64,000 nt of DNA from an uncultured Gammaproteobacteria bacterium. GTDB taxonomy: Bacteria; Patescibacteriota; Patescibacteriia; UBA11705; JABHMO01. Shown piece after piece: positions 16,421-25,477 of this stretch. The notes beneath the pieces were generated by a model. The model was not told the DNA's origin, searched no databases, and worked only from the letters and a program-made list of their open reading frames with translations. The first letter of the stretch is position 1. Every line of letters begins with the position of its first letter. The translations under genes and the position numbers were made by a program. The stretch lies in the NCBI GenBank assembly GCA_964590105.1, contig CAZPYM010000003.1:8179-72178 (forward strand). Reading direction: 5' to 3'.

Positions 16421-17596
16421 ATGGTGCGAAAAATTGTCCGCAGCTATCTGATTTTTAATGTTCTTTTCAATTTAGCTTTTTCTTTTCACTTCGCTACGTT
16501 TGTGCTGTTTTTGCGCCGCAATGATATGAGTATAACGCAAATCGGCTTTATTAATTTTGCTTTTATGATTGCGGTTTTTTTGTTTGAAATTCCGACCGGC
16601 GTGGTGGCGGATCGTTTTGGCCGCAAAGTATCGGTTGTGCTCGGCACGTTTGTGGCCAGTCTCGGGTTTTTGTTTTATTTTTTGAGCAATGGTTTTTGGC
16701 AATTTATTTTGTCGGAAAGCACGATCGCTCTCGGATCCAGTTTAATTTCAGGCGCGCTGGATGCTTGGATTAAGGATTCGCTGGATTTAAATGGCTACAA
16801 AAAAGACATTGGCGTTATTTTTTCCTGGGGCGATATAGCTATCAAGGGCGCCAGCTTGGCCGGCGGAGTGGTCGGCGGAATTATTGCCGTGGGAAATATC
16901 CGATTGCCCTGGCTCATGTCATCAATCGGGCTCGTGATTTGCGGAATTGTGGCGTTGAAAATAATTCGCGAGGATTATTTTACCGACAAAAAAACATCCA
17001 TGATGGATATTTGTCGGCAAAGCGTGCGCTATGGATATAAAAACAAACAGATCTGGACATTGATCTTGATAGGAAGCCTGCTGATGTTTTTTTTCCAGCC
17101 CTTAAACATGCAGTGGTCAATTCTGTTTGACCAAGCTTATGGAATCGGCGTTCTTTGGTTGGTCTGGACCGGTATCAGAGTTTTTGAGATGGTCGGTATT
17201 TTTATTGCCGGCAAACTAATGAATAGAGGATTTGATCGAGCTCGGATCATGTCATTCTCTATAATTCTGACCGGCGCGGCGATTGTTCTGGCGTCTATTG
17301 TGCCTTATGCTGGCCTGACACTGTTCGCTTTCTGGATTCACGAATCCGGAAGAGGATTTTTCGCGCCGACGCAAAAAGCCTATCTGCATGACAATATTCC
17401 GTCGGACAAGCGGGCGACCATTGGTTCTTTTAATTCAATGATTGCAAAGCTTGGCGCGGCCGCAGGTTGGCTCGGCGGCGGACTTCTTGCCGAAGTGATA
17501 GGCATTAAACCATGCTGGCTTTTGGCCGGAATATTGCTTTTCGTCGTATTGCCATTGGTTGGAAAATTAAAAAATAAATCCAACCGGGCAATTTAA
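16421..17596 (+). CDS. MFS transporter
   Basis: 'FEIPTGVVADRFGRKVSVVLG' is the MFS signature between TM2 and TM3, with roughly 12 hydrophobic segments. The start is taken at the ATG (MVRKIV) preceded by GGAGG. Confidence 0.75.
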   Translation: MVRKIVRSYLIFNVLFNLAFSFHFATFVLFLRRNDMSITQIGFINFAFMIAVFLFEIPTGVVADRFGRKVSVVLGTFVASLGFLFYFLSNGFWQFILSESTIALGSSLISGALDAWIKDSLDLNGYKKDIGVIFSWGDIAIKGASLAGGVVGGIIAVGNIRLPWLMSSIGLVICGIVALKIIREDYFTDKKTSMMDICRQSVRYGYKNKQIWTLILIGSLLMFFFQPLNMQWSILFDQAYGIGVLWLVWTGIRVFEMVGIFIAGKLMNRGFDRARIMSFSIILTGAAIVLASIVPYAGLTLFAFWIHESGRGFFAPTQKAYLHDNIPSDKRATIGSFNSMIAKLGAAAGWLGGGLLAEVIGIKPCWLLAGILLFVVLPLVGKLKNKSNRAI

Positions 17597-17642
17597 AAAA
17601 ATAAAGGACGCAGTCTCAAGGAGATATGCGTCCTTTTCTTGT

Positions 17643-19139
17643 TTATGCAATGCCCTCTACGTATTCGGGCTTGCATTCGTCAATTGCAATCGGTCGCAGA
17701 ATGGCCTGCGCCTGTTCTGCCACTATTTGCGGTGTCAGTGTTGTGCCGCCTTTGATATAGATGACAAACTTCGTCGGCTGAAATAGGAAAATGTCCGCTG
17801 TCGGATCCATTTCACTCAGCCGTTGATACAGATCATCCATGCCGTTCAAGCGGTTGTCCTGTACCCTTGTTACTCCGAGATTAAACGTGTTGTTTTTCAT
17901 GTCACGATAGGTCGCGACAACCACATCAATCTCATCTCGGTAGTACCGACGAAGTTGATACCGGATTACCTTGCTCGTAAGCGTTGTTTCCGGCAATAGC
18001 GCAAAGGTCAGGCCGCCTGCCCTGGTAATCTGCGCCGTTTCGAGCAGTTTTTGTACTTTTCCTCGAATTGCCTTTTTGTGATGCCAGGCCTTCAGCATGA
18101 AAAGCCCGATCATGGTGCGAACCAGTTCCTGGTAGCTGTCGTCCGGCAGTAACCGGAGGATTTCCCAGGGCCCCTTTCGGAGAACCACGGGGACCACCTT
18201 GTTGTCTCGGCCGGCATTGAAATCAGCCAGCTGGTCAGTCAGCATCTGTCGAAAGCTACCGGTTTCAGTTGTTTCGCCAAAGGGCGAACCCTCGGCCTGC
18301 ATCTGATTCACGAAAGCCACAAGTTCTTTCAGGACTGGGTCGTCTTGAAGTTTTTCGTTTCGTTCGAAAACTACCTGTGTGGCGCTCGGAAGCACTGAAG
18401 CGTCAAAGCGTTCACACTGCTTTTGTACTGCTTCTCTCTCATTTGGCTTATTGGGCCAATCGCCCCAGGTGAGCAAAGTGAGATAAGTTGCAGTGAGTTT
18501 GTCGAACGAATCAATCTGATCCTCGGAAAACGGAGGCAGCTCGGTGGTCCGGCGTTGATTCTTGTGCCAGGCCTCGAGCATGATCAGCCCGACTGCCAGC
18601 TTTTCCTCGTCGCGAACCTCATTGGTCTCCACTTCAAGGTTGGCCACAAGATCAATCAATTCCCATGGACCTTTTTGCTCGGTAATCAAAATCACCGGCT
18701 CCTCGCGGCCCTGGTTGTATTCTTTCAACTGTTCATTGAAAGCTGACCGTAGTTTACGCGCGTCAGCGTCCTCGGTGTTAACTGAGCTACCGCTGTCCAC
18801 CCGATCTGTCAGAGACACTATGTCCCCGACAAATGGATCGTGGCTCAGCTCAGGAAATCTTTCAACAACGGTTCCCGCCGCGCTTGGCCAGCGTCGACGA
18901 TTTTGATGATGATCAAATTCAAATGTCCCAAACCGTCCGCCGGTATCTAGATGGACAACCCTTGTGTTTCGGTTCAAATCTCTCTCATAAAAACGCTTCC
19001 CCGGAGGTACGAAAACGTACTCCAGTCGGTAGTCGCTAATATGAAAACTATTTGCCAAAAGCCACAAGTAAGTTGTCGCAATGGAATCAAAATCCGGCGA
19101 CTGGTGATTCACCAGTATATACCGAGTTTCGGGATTCAT
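17643..19139 (-). CDS. DHH-family phosphoesterase-like N-terminal domain protein with an internally duplicated C-terminal domain; GC-rich
   Basis: 'LVNHQSPDFDSIATTY' (DHH motif I/II-like) and 'FEFDHHQN' (DHH motif III) are present. Two paralogous internal segments ('...KGPWELIDL...LEAWHKNQRR' and '...KGPWEILRL...LKAWHHKKAIR') are seen. GC is visibly about 50%. Confidence 0.5.
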   Translation of the reverse strand: MNPETRYILVNHQSPDFDSIATTYLWLLANSFHISDYRLEYVFVPPGKRFYERDLNRNTRVVHLDTGGRFGTFEFDHHQNRRRWPSAAGTVVERFPELSHDPFVGDIVSLTDRVDSGSSVNTEDADARKLRSAFNEQLKEYNQGREEPVILITEQKGPWELIDLVANLEVETNEVRDEEKLAVGLIMLEAWHKNQRRTTELPPFSEDQIDSFDKLTATYLTLLTWGDWPNKPNEREAVQKQCERFDASVLPSATQVVFERNEKLQDDPVLKELVAFVNQMQAEGSPFGETTETGSFRQMLTDQLADFNAGRDNKVVPVVLRKGPWEILRLLPDDSYQELVRTMIGLFMLKAWHHKKAIRGKVQKLLETAQITRAGGLTFALLPETTLTSKVIRYQLRRYYRDEIDVVVATYRDMKNNTFNLGVTRVQDNRLNGMDDLYQRLSEMDPTADIFLFQPTKFVIYIKGGTTLTPQIVAEQAQAILRPIAIDECKPEYVEGIA

Positions 19140-19370
19140 CGCGCCCCCCTTTCCTTTTCTGGATGGTTAAATTGTACAATGATCTAAGAAGTTATTATAG
19201 CTTATTTAATTGGATTTGTCAATGATTTTGAAGGGATATGAAGATCTTTATATGTAATTGTGTAAAATTAGTCAAAAAGTCTTATATAAATGAGCCGGAT
19301 TTGCATAATTACTGATTACCTATATAATTTAGGATAATGTTGCCTGAAGTTTATTATCTATTTAATAATT

Positions 19371-20633
19371 ATGGAATTAGTCGCCCCAGCAGGAAATTTG
19401 AATAAACTTAAAACTGCAATCGCTTTTGGCGCCGACGCGGTTTATTGCGGTATTCCGGAGTTTTCTTTGCGAACCAGAATCAATCAATTTGACCTGAAAA
19501 TATTACGGCAAGGAATTGAATATGCGCACAAACATGGCAAAAAAGTATTTGTCACCGCAAATATTGTTGCGCACAATCGGCATTTGAGAGCGTTTGAAAA
19601 ATATTTTTCCGCGTTAAAAAAGATCAAACCGGATGCAATCATAGTTTCTGATCCGGGCATTTTTTTATTGGCAAAAAAAATCTGGCCCAAAGCAAAACTC
19701 CATCTTTCTACTCAGGCCAATTGCACTAATTGGCAAGCGGCGAAATTTTGGTATGATCTCGGAGTGTCAAGAATTATTCTGGGCCGAGAAGTTACTCTCA
19801 GAGAGATAAAAGAGATTCACAAAAAAGTTTCAAAAGTTGAGCTGGAATATTTTGTTCACGGCGCCATGTGCATGTCGTATTCAGGCCGTTGTTTGTTATC
19901 AAAATATTATACGGATCGAAGCGCTAATTTGGGCGATTGTACCCAGCCGTGTCGTTGGAAATATAATGTTTCTAACGTAGGGGCAGAACATTATTCTGCC
20001 CACCTTCAAGAAATTCAACGGCCGGAGGAGTTGTTAAAAATAGAAGAAGACCAGCACGGTTCATATATAATGAATTCAAAAGATTTGTGTTTGGTAGAAT
20101 ATTTAAAAGAATTAAAAAATGCCGGCATTAGCGCCTTCAAAATAGAGGGCCGAGCTAAAAGTTTTTACTATGTTGGCAACACAGTAAAGGTATATCGAGA
20201 AATAATGGATCATGGAACGCGAAATATTAAACAACCTTTTGAAGAATTGAAAAAAACGCAGAACCGAGGCTTTACCACCGGATTTTTATTTGGCCAAGAA
20301 AAATGTGAACAAAATATTACCAGCAGTCATGAAAATTGCGGCTGGGAATTCTGCGGGGTGGTTACTACTTACGAATCTGCTACGAATCTACAAAACGCTA
20401 CTGATAAAAATCAGATTGTAATAAAAGTGCATAATAAGATTCGGGTCGGGGATCAGGTGGAGTTTATTGTGCCGTTCGGGGAAAATTTTAAATACAAAAT
20501 AAAAAAAATGTTTGACGATAATATGCGGGAGATTGATAGCGCCCACGGCGGGCAGGGGCAGGTAATTTTTTTGCCGTTAAAAAAGAAATTGCCGGAATAC
20601 ACTTTGGTGCGTAGAAAGGTGGGGAAAGCATAG
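19371..20633 (+). CDS. peptidase U32 family protein (collagenase-like; tRNA 5-hydroxyuridine synthase TrhP-like)
   Basis: 'EYFVHGAMCMSYSGRCLLS' matches the U32 signature E-x-F-x2-G-[SA]-[LIVM]-C-x4-G-x-C-x-[LIVM]-S. Confidence 0.8.
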   Translation: MELVAPAGNLNKLKTAIAFGADAVYCGIPEFSLRTRINQFDLKILRQGIEYAHKHGKKVFVTANIVAHNRHLRAFEKYFSALKKIKPDAIIVSDPGIFLLAKKIWPKAKLHLSTQANCTNWQAAKFWYDLGVSRIILGREVTLREIKEIHKKVSKVELEYFVHGAMCMSYSGRCLLSKYYTDRSANLGDCTQPCRWKYNVSNVGAEHYSAHLQEIQRPEELLKIEEDQHGSYIMNSKDLCLVEYLKELKNAGISAFKIEGRAKSFYYVGNTVKVYREIMDHGTRNIKQPFEELKKTQNRGFTTGFLFGQEKCEQNITSSHENCGWEFCGVVTTYESATNLQNATDKNQIVIKVHNKIRVGDQVEFIVPFGENFKYKIKKMFDDNMREIDSAHGGQGQVIFLPLKKKLPEYTLVRRKVGKA

Positions 20634-20825
20634 TTTAATATAAAGTACGGCGGTCAATAGAAAGGATTAGGTTGGACTGGCGGTTATAAAGTTTGTTTTT
20701 TATGGCGATTGTTCGTGGAAAAAAAGTTAAATTTCAAGTTTGCGGCATAACTGTGGATGCCTTTGCGAAGTTTACTTTTTTTGAGATTTTTATTACAATA
20801 AAATTATAATTCATAAGTTTGATTT

Positions 20826-21191
20826 ATGGACAAAAGACAAGGTGGAGCAGGTTCTTTTGAAGTACCATCTGATGACGTGGTAGTTCATGATAGGGCTACA
20901 ACGAAAGATAGTTTTTACGTTGAAGTGGCGCCGGGAGAGTTGCGCGACGCCATTGATTTCTTGGGACATGAAGAGGCGGATCTTTTTTATGTCATGGAAG
21001 ACAAGCCAGGCATGACTTATGAGGTCAGGAAGGCTCAGGCTACAAAGCTGGCGGAAAAATTTCGTGATCCTAAGGTCCGGGAAAAAGTATTAGAATTAGC
21101 AGAAAAAAAGAGAAAATTGCAAACAGAAATTGAGGCAACGGAATTGGAATTTCATAAATTGGTTGGCAAAACAAATGCTTGGCTGGGCTAA
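20826..21191 (+). CDS. hypothetical protein
   Basis: 121-aa charged ORF; no motif. Confidence 0.45.
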   Translation: MDKRQGGAGSFEVPSDDVVVHDRATTKDSFYVEVAPGELRDAIDFLGHEEADLFYVMEDKPGMTYEVRKAQATKLAEKFRDPKVREKVLELAEKKRKLQTEIEATELEFHKLVGKTNAWLG

Positions 21192-21342
21192 TTAGTGGTT
21201 TGTAGATAAAAAAAAGATTCTTGGAGTCTTTTTTTATACATGCGAGTGGCTTTTCCTACGGCGCATTCAATAAAAGCAGCTCATCCCAGTGTGCCGTAAA
21301 AGCTGTCCGACTGAGTAAATGTCTGGCCGCTTTGGACATGTT

Positions 21343-21713
21343 TTGCCGTTAAAAAAGCAATTGTCGGAATATACTTTGGTGCGCCGGCTGATGTTTTGTT
21401 GAAAGCAAAACAGGGCGATGAAGTTGAGCTTTTTTCTCATCAGTACGTGCGCGAGGCCGTCATTCAGCTGTTTGATTTTTTCAAATATGAAGAACTGCAT
21501 TTGTTTGAACAGCTAATTTCTGTTTTCGGCATTGGCCCGAAAACTGCCATGGCGGTATTTGTTGAAGCTAAATTGGAAGATATTATTTTTGCCATTATGC
21601 ATGGCGATTTTTTTCTAATCGTGGGAATGAGGAGAACTAATGGTTACCTAGAAGGAGAAGATTTGGCGATTGACAACGCTTGCCCTCGTGGTATACTCAT
21701 GGTGGATATTTGA
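21343..21713 (+). pseudogene. chimeric remnant: 3' end of the U32 peptidase gene fused to an internal ruvA fragment
   Basis: 21343-21388 (ttttgccgttaaaaaagcaattgtcggaatatactttggtgcg) copies 20569-20612, the end of the U32 gene. It is joined directly to a roughly 210-nt stretch about 80% identical to ruvA 23206-23420. The 105-aa ORF 21396..21713 reads 'QGDEVELFSHQYVREAVIQLF..EQLISVFGIGPKTAMAVFVEAKLEDII', against RuvA 'QDDEVALFTHQHVREDAIQLF..EQLISVSGIGPKTALAVFAEAKLEDII', then diverges and terminates. Confidence 0.6.
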
Positions 21714-21726
21714 AAGGAGAAATGCT

Positions 21727-22056
21727 ATGGGTAAAATATTGGTAAAGCTTCGGCGATTTTTAAATCAGCCAGCCACTTGGAAATTAAAAGTGGTTGATTG
21801 CTCGGGTTTGGATTTGTCGTTGTTTTATGGGAGCCTCGGAAATTTTTTTGAGGAGGTGTTCTTCAATGCGGAGAAATACCCGCAGTATGTTTTGCCCCGA
21901 GAAGGCGTCGTTTATATCGGCGCGGACGATGGCAAAATGGCAAGCGGAGATTTGTCTTGCACTTGTCTTAATGTGTCCTTTGAAGAAAAGGAAATATCGT
22001 TGAATGAAATTCGTAATGCGTTAGACAAATTAGGAATCAAGACCGTTGTGGTGTAA
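21727..22056 (+). CDS. hypothetical protein
   Basis: The start is taken at the ATG (MGKILVKL) preceded by AAAGGAG, rather than the track's 21670. Confidence 0.4.
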   Translation: MGKILVKLRRFLNQPATWKLKVVDCSGLDLSLFYGSLGNFFEEVFFNAEKYPQYVLPREGVVYIGADDGKMASGDLSCTCLNVSFEEKEISLNEIRNALDKLGIKTVVV

Positions 22057-22121
22057 CGTTGCCATCAAGAGGCATGAAATACATGTCTATTGCGGGGTAA
22101 CCTCAGATAGCGGGGGCTGAC

Positions 22122-22796
22122 ATGAAGAAGTTTGCTCAGTATCTGTGTCTGGCGGGGATTCTTTTTGGATTTCTCTTCGTCGGTTCCTGCGCGTCGCAGG
22201 AAGACGAAGAAGATGCAACCGTTGTTCAGGAGGAGCTCAGTGTTCAGCTCACGATGGATAACGAACAGAACGTCGTCGCGGAGTTCAGCAACGGGCAGGC
22301 GGCTTACGGATGGGTCGAGTACGAGGAGATGGTGCAAAGCCTCTATGCAGAGGGCCAGTTTCTCACGAACGTGGCGATCCAGTATGAATCAAGCCCCGAA
22401 CAGACGTCTGTGGGCGACGGATTTGAAACGCAGCTGAATCCGCTTACCGTCAAGGTGCCGTTCACGTCATACTACATCACCATCACGAGCCCGCATAAGA
22501 ATTATGTTGGCGGGTGCATCGGTAAGACGGTAACGCATGTGAATTTCATCATCAACCAAAAAGGAGGAACGTTGTATTTGGATCTGCATCTCGCTGTTTG
22601 GATGAGCAATGGCAAGCCCTGCGTTGGTGTTTACATCACGCCTTCCAAGTGGTGCTCGAAAATCTGCGGGCCATCGATGGATCAGATCAGAAAGGCAATA
22701 AAATCAGCGTTGGTTGCCGCAGGTATCTCTGCCGCGGCGGCGGCTGTCATTGCCGAGGTCTTGGCACCCATCGGAGTGGCGGCGCTGGCGCTGTAA
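22122..22796 (+). CDS. putative lipoprotein, GC-rich
   Basis: Signal peptide with lipobox 'FLFVGSC', an Ala/Gly-rich hydrophobic C-terminus, and visibly high GC (about 55-60%). Confidence 0.5.
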   Translation: MKKFAQYLCLAGILFGFLFVGSCASQEDEEDATVVQEELSVQLTMDNEQNVVAEFSNGQAAYGWVEYEEMVQSLYAEGQFLTNVAIQYESSPEQTSVGDGFETQLNPLTVKVPFTSYYITITSPHKNYVGGCIGKTVTHVNFIINQKGGTLYLDLHLAVWMSNGKPCVGVYITPSKWCSKICGPSMDQIRKAIKSALVAAGISAAAAAVIAEVLAPIGVAALAL

Positions 22797-23119
22797 AGCG
22801 GCACGCGAAAAGAAATCAGGCCGTCTTAGGACATTGTTCTCAGGCGGCTTTTTGTTTTGACCGGGGAAGAACGGGGGAGAGCGAGGCAAAACGGGGCGAA
22901 ATAAGGCGCAATGAGGCAATGGGATCTATAAATGAAAAGGGAAAACAGGGGAATATAAAATTTTGATACGTTGTTTTGAAGGCGACTTTTCGTTTTTGTC
23001 TTGTGGCGCCTGTTGCCATATTGCCTTTTTTTGCCATTTAATCCTATTCCTCCCTGTGCGTGCGTGTTGAAAACGCCCGAACATTGTGTTACGATTACCA
23101 TTGTTAAACCAAGAAAAAT

Positions 23120-23695
23120 ATGATTGCATATATTAAAGGAAAAGTCAGGATGAAAACTGGAAATTTTTTGGTAATTGAAGCTGGTGATATCGGTTACAAG
23201 GTTTTTGCGCCGGCTGATGTTTTATTGAAGACAAAGCAGGACGATGAAGTGGCGCTTTTCACGCATCAGCATGTGCGCGAGGACGCGATACAGCTTTTTG
23301 GTTTTTTAAAATTTGAAGAATTGAATTTGTTTGAGCAGCTTATTTCCGTTTCAGGTATCGGGCCGAAAACCGCTTTGGCTGTTTTTGCGGAGGCCAAATT
23401 GGAGGATATTATTTCAGCCATTGTGAACGGCGATGCTTCAATTCTCAAGCGCGTTTCCGGCATTGGTTCGAAAACAGCAGAGCGCATTGTGCTCGAGCTC
23501 AAAAACAAAATCGCGGCCGGCGCGGCAATTGAAAATATTAAAACCGGACAAGAGCTCGGCGCTGACGCTGACGCGGTGGAGGCCCTAGTCAGTCTTGGGT
23601 ATTCAGTGAGTCAGTCGCGCGAAGCTTTGAAGCGAGTGTCGGTTGAAATAACCGACGCTGGAGAAAAGGTGCGAGAAGCATTGAAGAATATATGA
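23120..23695 (+). CDS. ruvA: Holliday junction branch migration complex subunit RuvA
   Basis: N-terminal OB domain, two HhH motifs ('SGIGPKTA', 'VSGIGSKTAERI') and a C-terminal RuvB-interaction domain. 191 aa. Confidence 0.85.
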   Translation: MIAYIKGKVRMKTGNFLVIEAGDIGYKVFAPADVLLKTKQDDEVALFTHQHVREDAIQLFGFLKFEELNLFEQLISVSGIGPKTALAVFAEAKLEDIISAIVNGDASILKRVSGIGSKTAERIVLELKNKIAAGAAIENIKTGQELGADADAVEALVSLGYSVSQSREALKRVSVEITDAGEKVREALKNI

Positions 23696-23696
23696 C

Positions 23697-23893
23697 AAAT
23701 ATTAAAACAAATATTGAACGAATATTAAAACAAATATTGAACGAATATTGAACGAATATTAAAACAAATATTGAACGAATATTAAAACAAATATTAAAAC
23801 AAATATTGAACGAATATTAAAACAAATATTAAAACAAATATTGAACGAATATTAAAATAAATATTGAAACAAATATTGAACAAATATTGTAGA
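23697..23893. repeat. tandem array of ~17 AATATT-core 11/12-nt units (caaatattgaac / gaatattaaaa)
   Basis: Seen directly, filling the whole ruvA-to-next-gene spacer up to the start codon at 23899. Confidence 0.85.
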
Positions 23894-23898
23894 AATAC

Positions 23899-24279
23899 AT
23901 GACGGATAAATATATTCCAATTGAAGAAGTTTTTGTTTATAAAATATCTAGGGAATTGTGTGATTTAGGCTGGGAAATTTATGAACCTTTGGATTGGCGT
24001 GATAAAAAGACCATGGGGGATCAATTTATCTCAGCAGTAGATTCAAATGCTGCCAATATTGTCGAAGGTTATGGTCGTTTTCACTATCTTGATAGAATAA
24101 AATTTTATTACAATGCTCGCGCTTCATTAATGGAGTCAAAGCATTGGTGTGAATTGCTATATGTGAGAGATAAGATTTTAGAAGAAAAATATAAGCAGTT
24201 TATAGAACGAGCAGGACAGGTGCATTATCAATTAAACAAATGGATAAAATTAACTTATTCTTCAAAGGATTCAAAGTAA
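23899..24279 (+). CDS. four-helix-bundle protein (TIGR02436 / 23S rRNA IVS protein / bAvd-like family)
   Basis: 'IVEGYGRFHYLDRIKFYYNARASLMESKHW' is the family signature (GYGRFhy..k..FyynARGSl.E). It is a paralog of the 63045..63464 ORF ('IAEGYGRFHYGDKNKFYYNARGSLLESRHW'). Confidence 0.7.
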   Translation: MTDKYIPIEEVFVYKISRELCDLGWEIYEPLDWRDKKTMGDQFISAVDSNAANIVEGYGRFHYLDRIKFYYNARASLMESKHWCELLYVRDKILEEKYKQFIERAGQVHYQLNKWIKLTYSSKDSK

Positions 24280-24282
24280 AGA

Positions 24283-24396
24283 ACGAATATTAAAATAAAT
24301 ATTGTCGAATATTGAACTAATATTTAAATAATATTTGTGTAATATCTGCGTAATATTTGAGTAATATTAGTGTAATATTTGAGTAATATCTGATTT
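24283..24396. repeat. second tandem array of ~10 AATATT/AATATC-core 11-nt units
   Basis: gaatattaaaata aatattgtc gaatattgaac taatatttaaa taatatttgtg taatatctgcg taatatttgag taatattagtg taatatttgag taatatctg, ending at the ATG of the femAB-like gene. Confidence 0.8.
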
Positions 24397-24397
24397 T

Positions 24398-25471
24398 ATG
24401 CAAATCCGCGAAGCCACAATTAACGATAAAGAAAGATGGAACGAATTCATCCGCGCCAATCAGGGCGGTTCTTTTTTGCAATCGTGGGAATGGGGGGAAT
24501 TAATGGCTACGCAGAAGGAGAAAATCTGGAGATTGATTGTATGTAATGCGAATGCCGTGAATCTTCATGCAAATGATGCGAATAGCGAATATGCAAATGA
24601 CTCAAATGAAGAATGGCTGGCGGTAATTTTTTTATTCAAGTCAAAATTAAAATTCGGCCGGTCAATATTGTACGCTCCGCGCGGACCGGTGGTTAATGAC
24701 AATTGTAAAATGGCGGATGACAAATTGATGGCCTTGATCATGGAAAAAATTGATTTGGTTGCAAAGCAGGAGCAGGTGATGAATTTCCAGCTGGACCCGT
24801 ATTCAAATGACGCGGACTGGGAAAGAATTTTTGATGAGCAGGGTTTTGAAAAATCAGAACGCGATATTCAGCCGCGCCACACCTTGCTCCTTGACGTGCG
24901 CGCCGGCGAAGAAGAACTGCTCGCGCAAATGAATCAGAAAACTCGGTACAATATCGGGTTGGCGCGCAAAAAAGGAGTTGAAATCGAAGTGGACAATGGC
25001 GCTTACAAAGGATTTTATGAATTGTTGAAAAAAACAGAAGTGCGGCAAAAAATAAAATTTTTTCAAGCTGATTATTTCAAAGAAATTTTGAAAGTCCCGT
25101 TTGTTAAGCTGTGTTTGGCAAAATATCAGGGAAAGGTTATTGCCGCGAATATAATGATTTTCTGGAATGACACCGCCACCTATTTATTCGGCGCCTCTGA
25201 TTATGAATATAGAAATGTAATGGCCCCGCACCTCTTGCAGTGGCAAGCGATCAAGGATGCCAAGAAAGAAGGCTTGTGGTTTTACGATTTTTGGGGCGCC
25301 GCGCCGCCGGAGTCAAAGGGCCGCGAACAAAATTGGGCTGGATTCACTAAATTCAAAATGGGATTTTCTCCGGAAGCTGAAATAACTGAATATATTGGCA
25401 CTTATGAAAAAAAATATCAGCCTGTTAAGCTGGGATTGTATCGGTTTCTTCAGTATCGTTTCAAAAAATAA
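24398..25471 (+). CDS. FemAB-family peptidoglycan bridge aminoacyltransferase (lipid II:amino acid transferase)
   Basis: 'ILYAPRGPVV', 'NQKTRYNIGLARKKGVEI' and 'APHLLQWQAIKDAKKEGLWFYDFWGA' are typical FemX/FemA motifs. Confidence 0.7.
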   Translation: MQIREATINDKERWNEFIRANQGGSFLQSWEWGELMATQKEKIWRLIVCNANAVNLHANDANSEYANDSNEEWLAVIFLFKSKLKFGRSILYAPRGPVVNDNCKMADDKLMALIMEKIDLVAKQEQVMNFQLDPYSNDADWERIFDEQGFEKSERDIQPRHTLLLDVRAGEEELLAQMNQKTRYNIGLARKKGVEIEVDNGAYKGFYELLKKTEVRQKIKFFQADYFKEILKVPFVKLCLAKYQGKVIAANIMIFWNDTATYLFGASDYEYRNVMAPHLLQWQAIKDAKKEGLWFYDFWGAAPPESKGREQNWAGFTKFKMGFSPEAEITEYIGTYEKKYQPVKLGLYRFLQYRFKK

Positions 25472-25477
25472 AAATAT

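Noticed and set aside
22800-23119. Purine-rich GC-moderate spacer downstream of the GC-rich lipoprotein (possible ncRNA)
   Set aside because: No promoter and terminator pair and no convincing stem-loops were seen. It is more likely the untranslated tail of the foreign insert.
23899-24279. Diversity-generating retroelement (DGR) around the Avd-like gene
   Set aside because: No reverse transcriptase ORF (YxDD) and no ~100-bp template/variable repeat pair with A-specific mismatches were found anywhere in the window. The only long duplications (U32/ruvA) differ at all four bases.
23697-24396. Possible CRISPR array (regularly spaced short repeats)
   Set aside because: The units are 11-12 nt and directly abutting, with no unique spacers of 25-40 nt, no longer repeat unit, and no cas genes nearby. 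These are simple tandem repeats.
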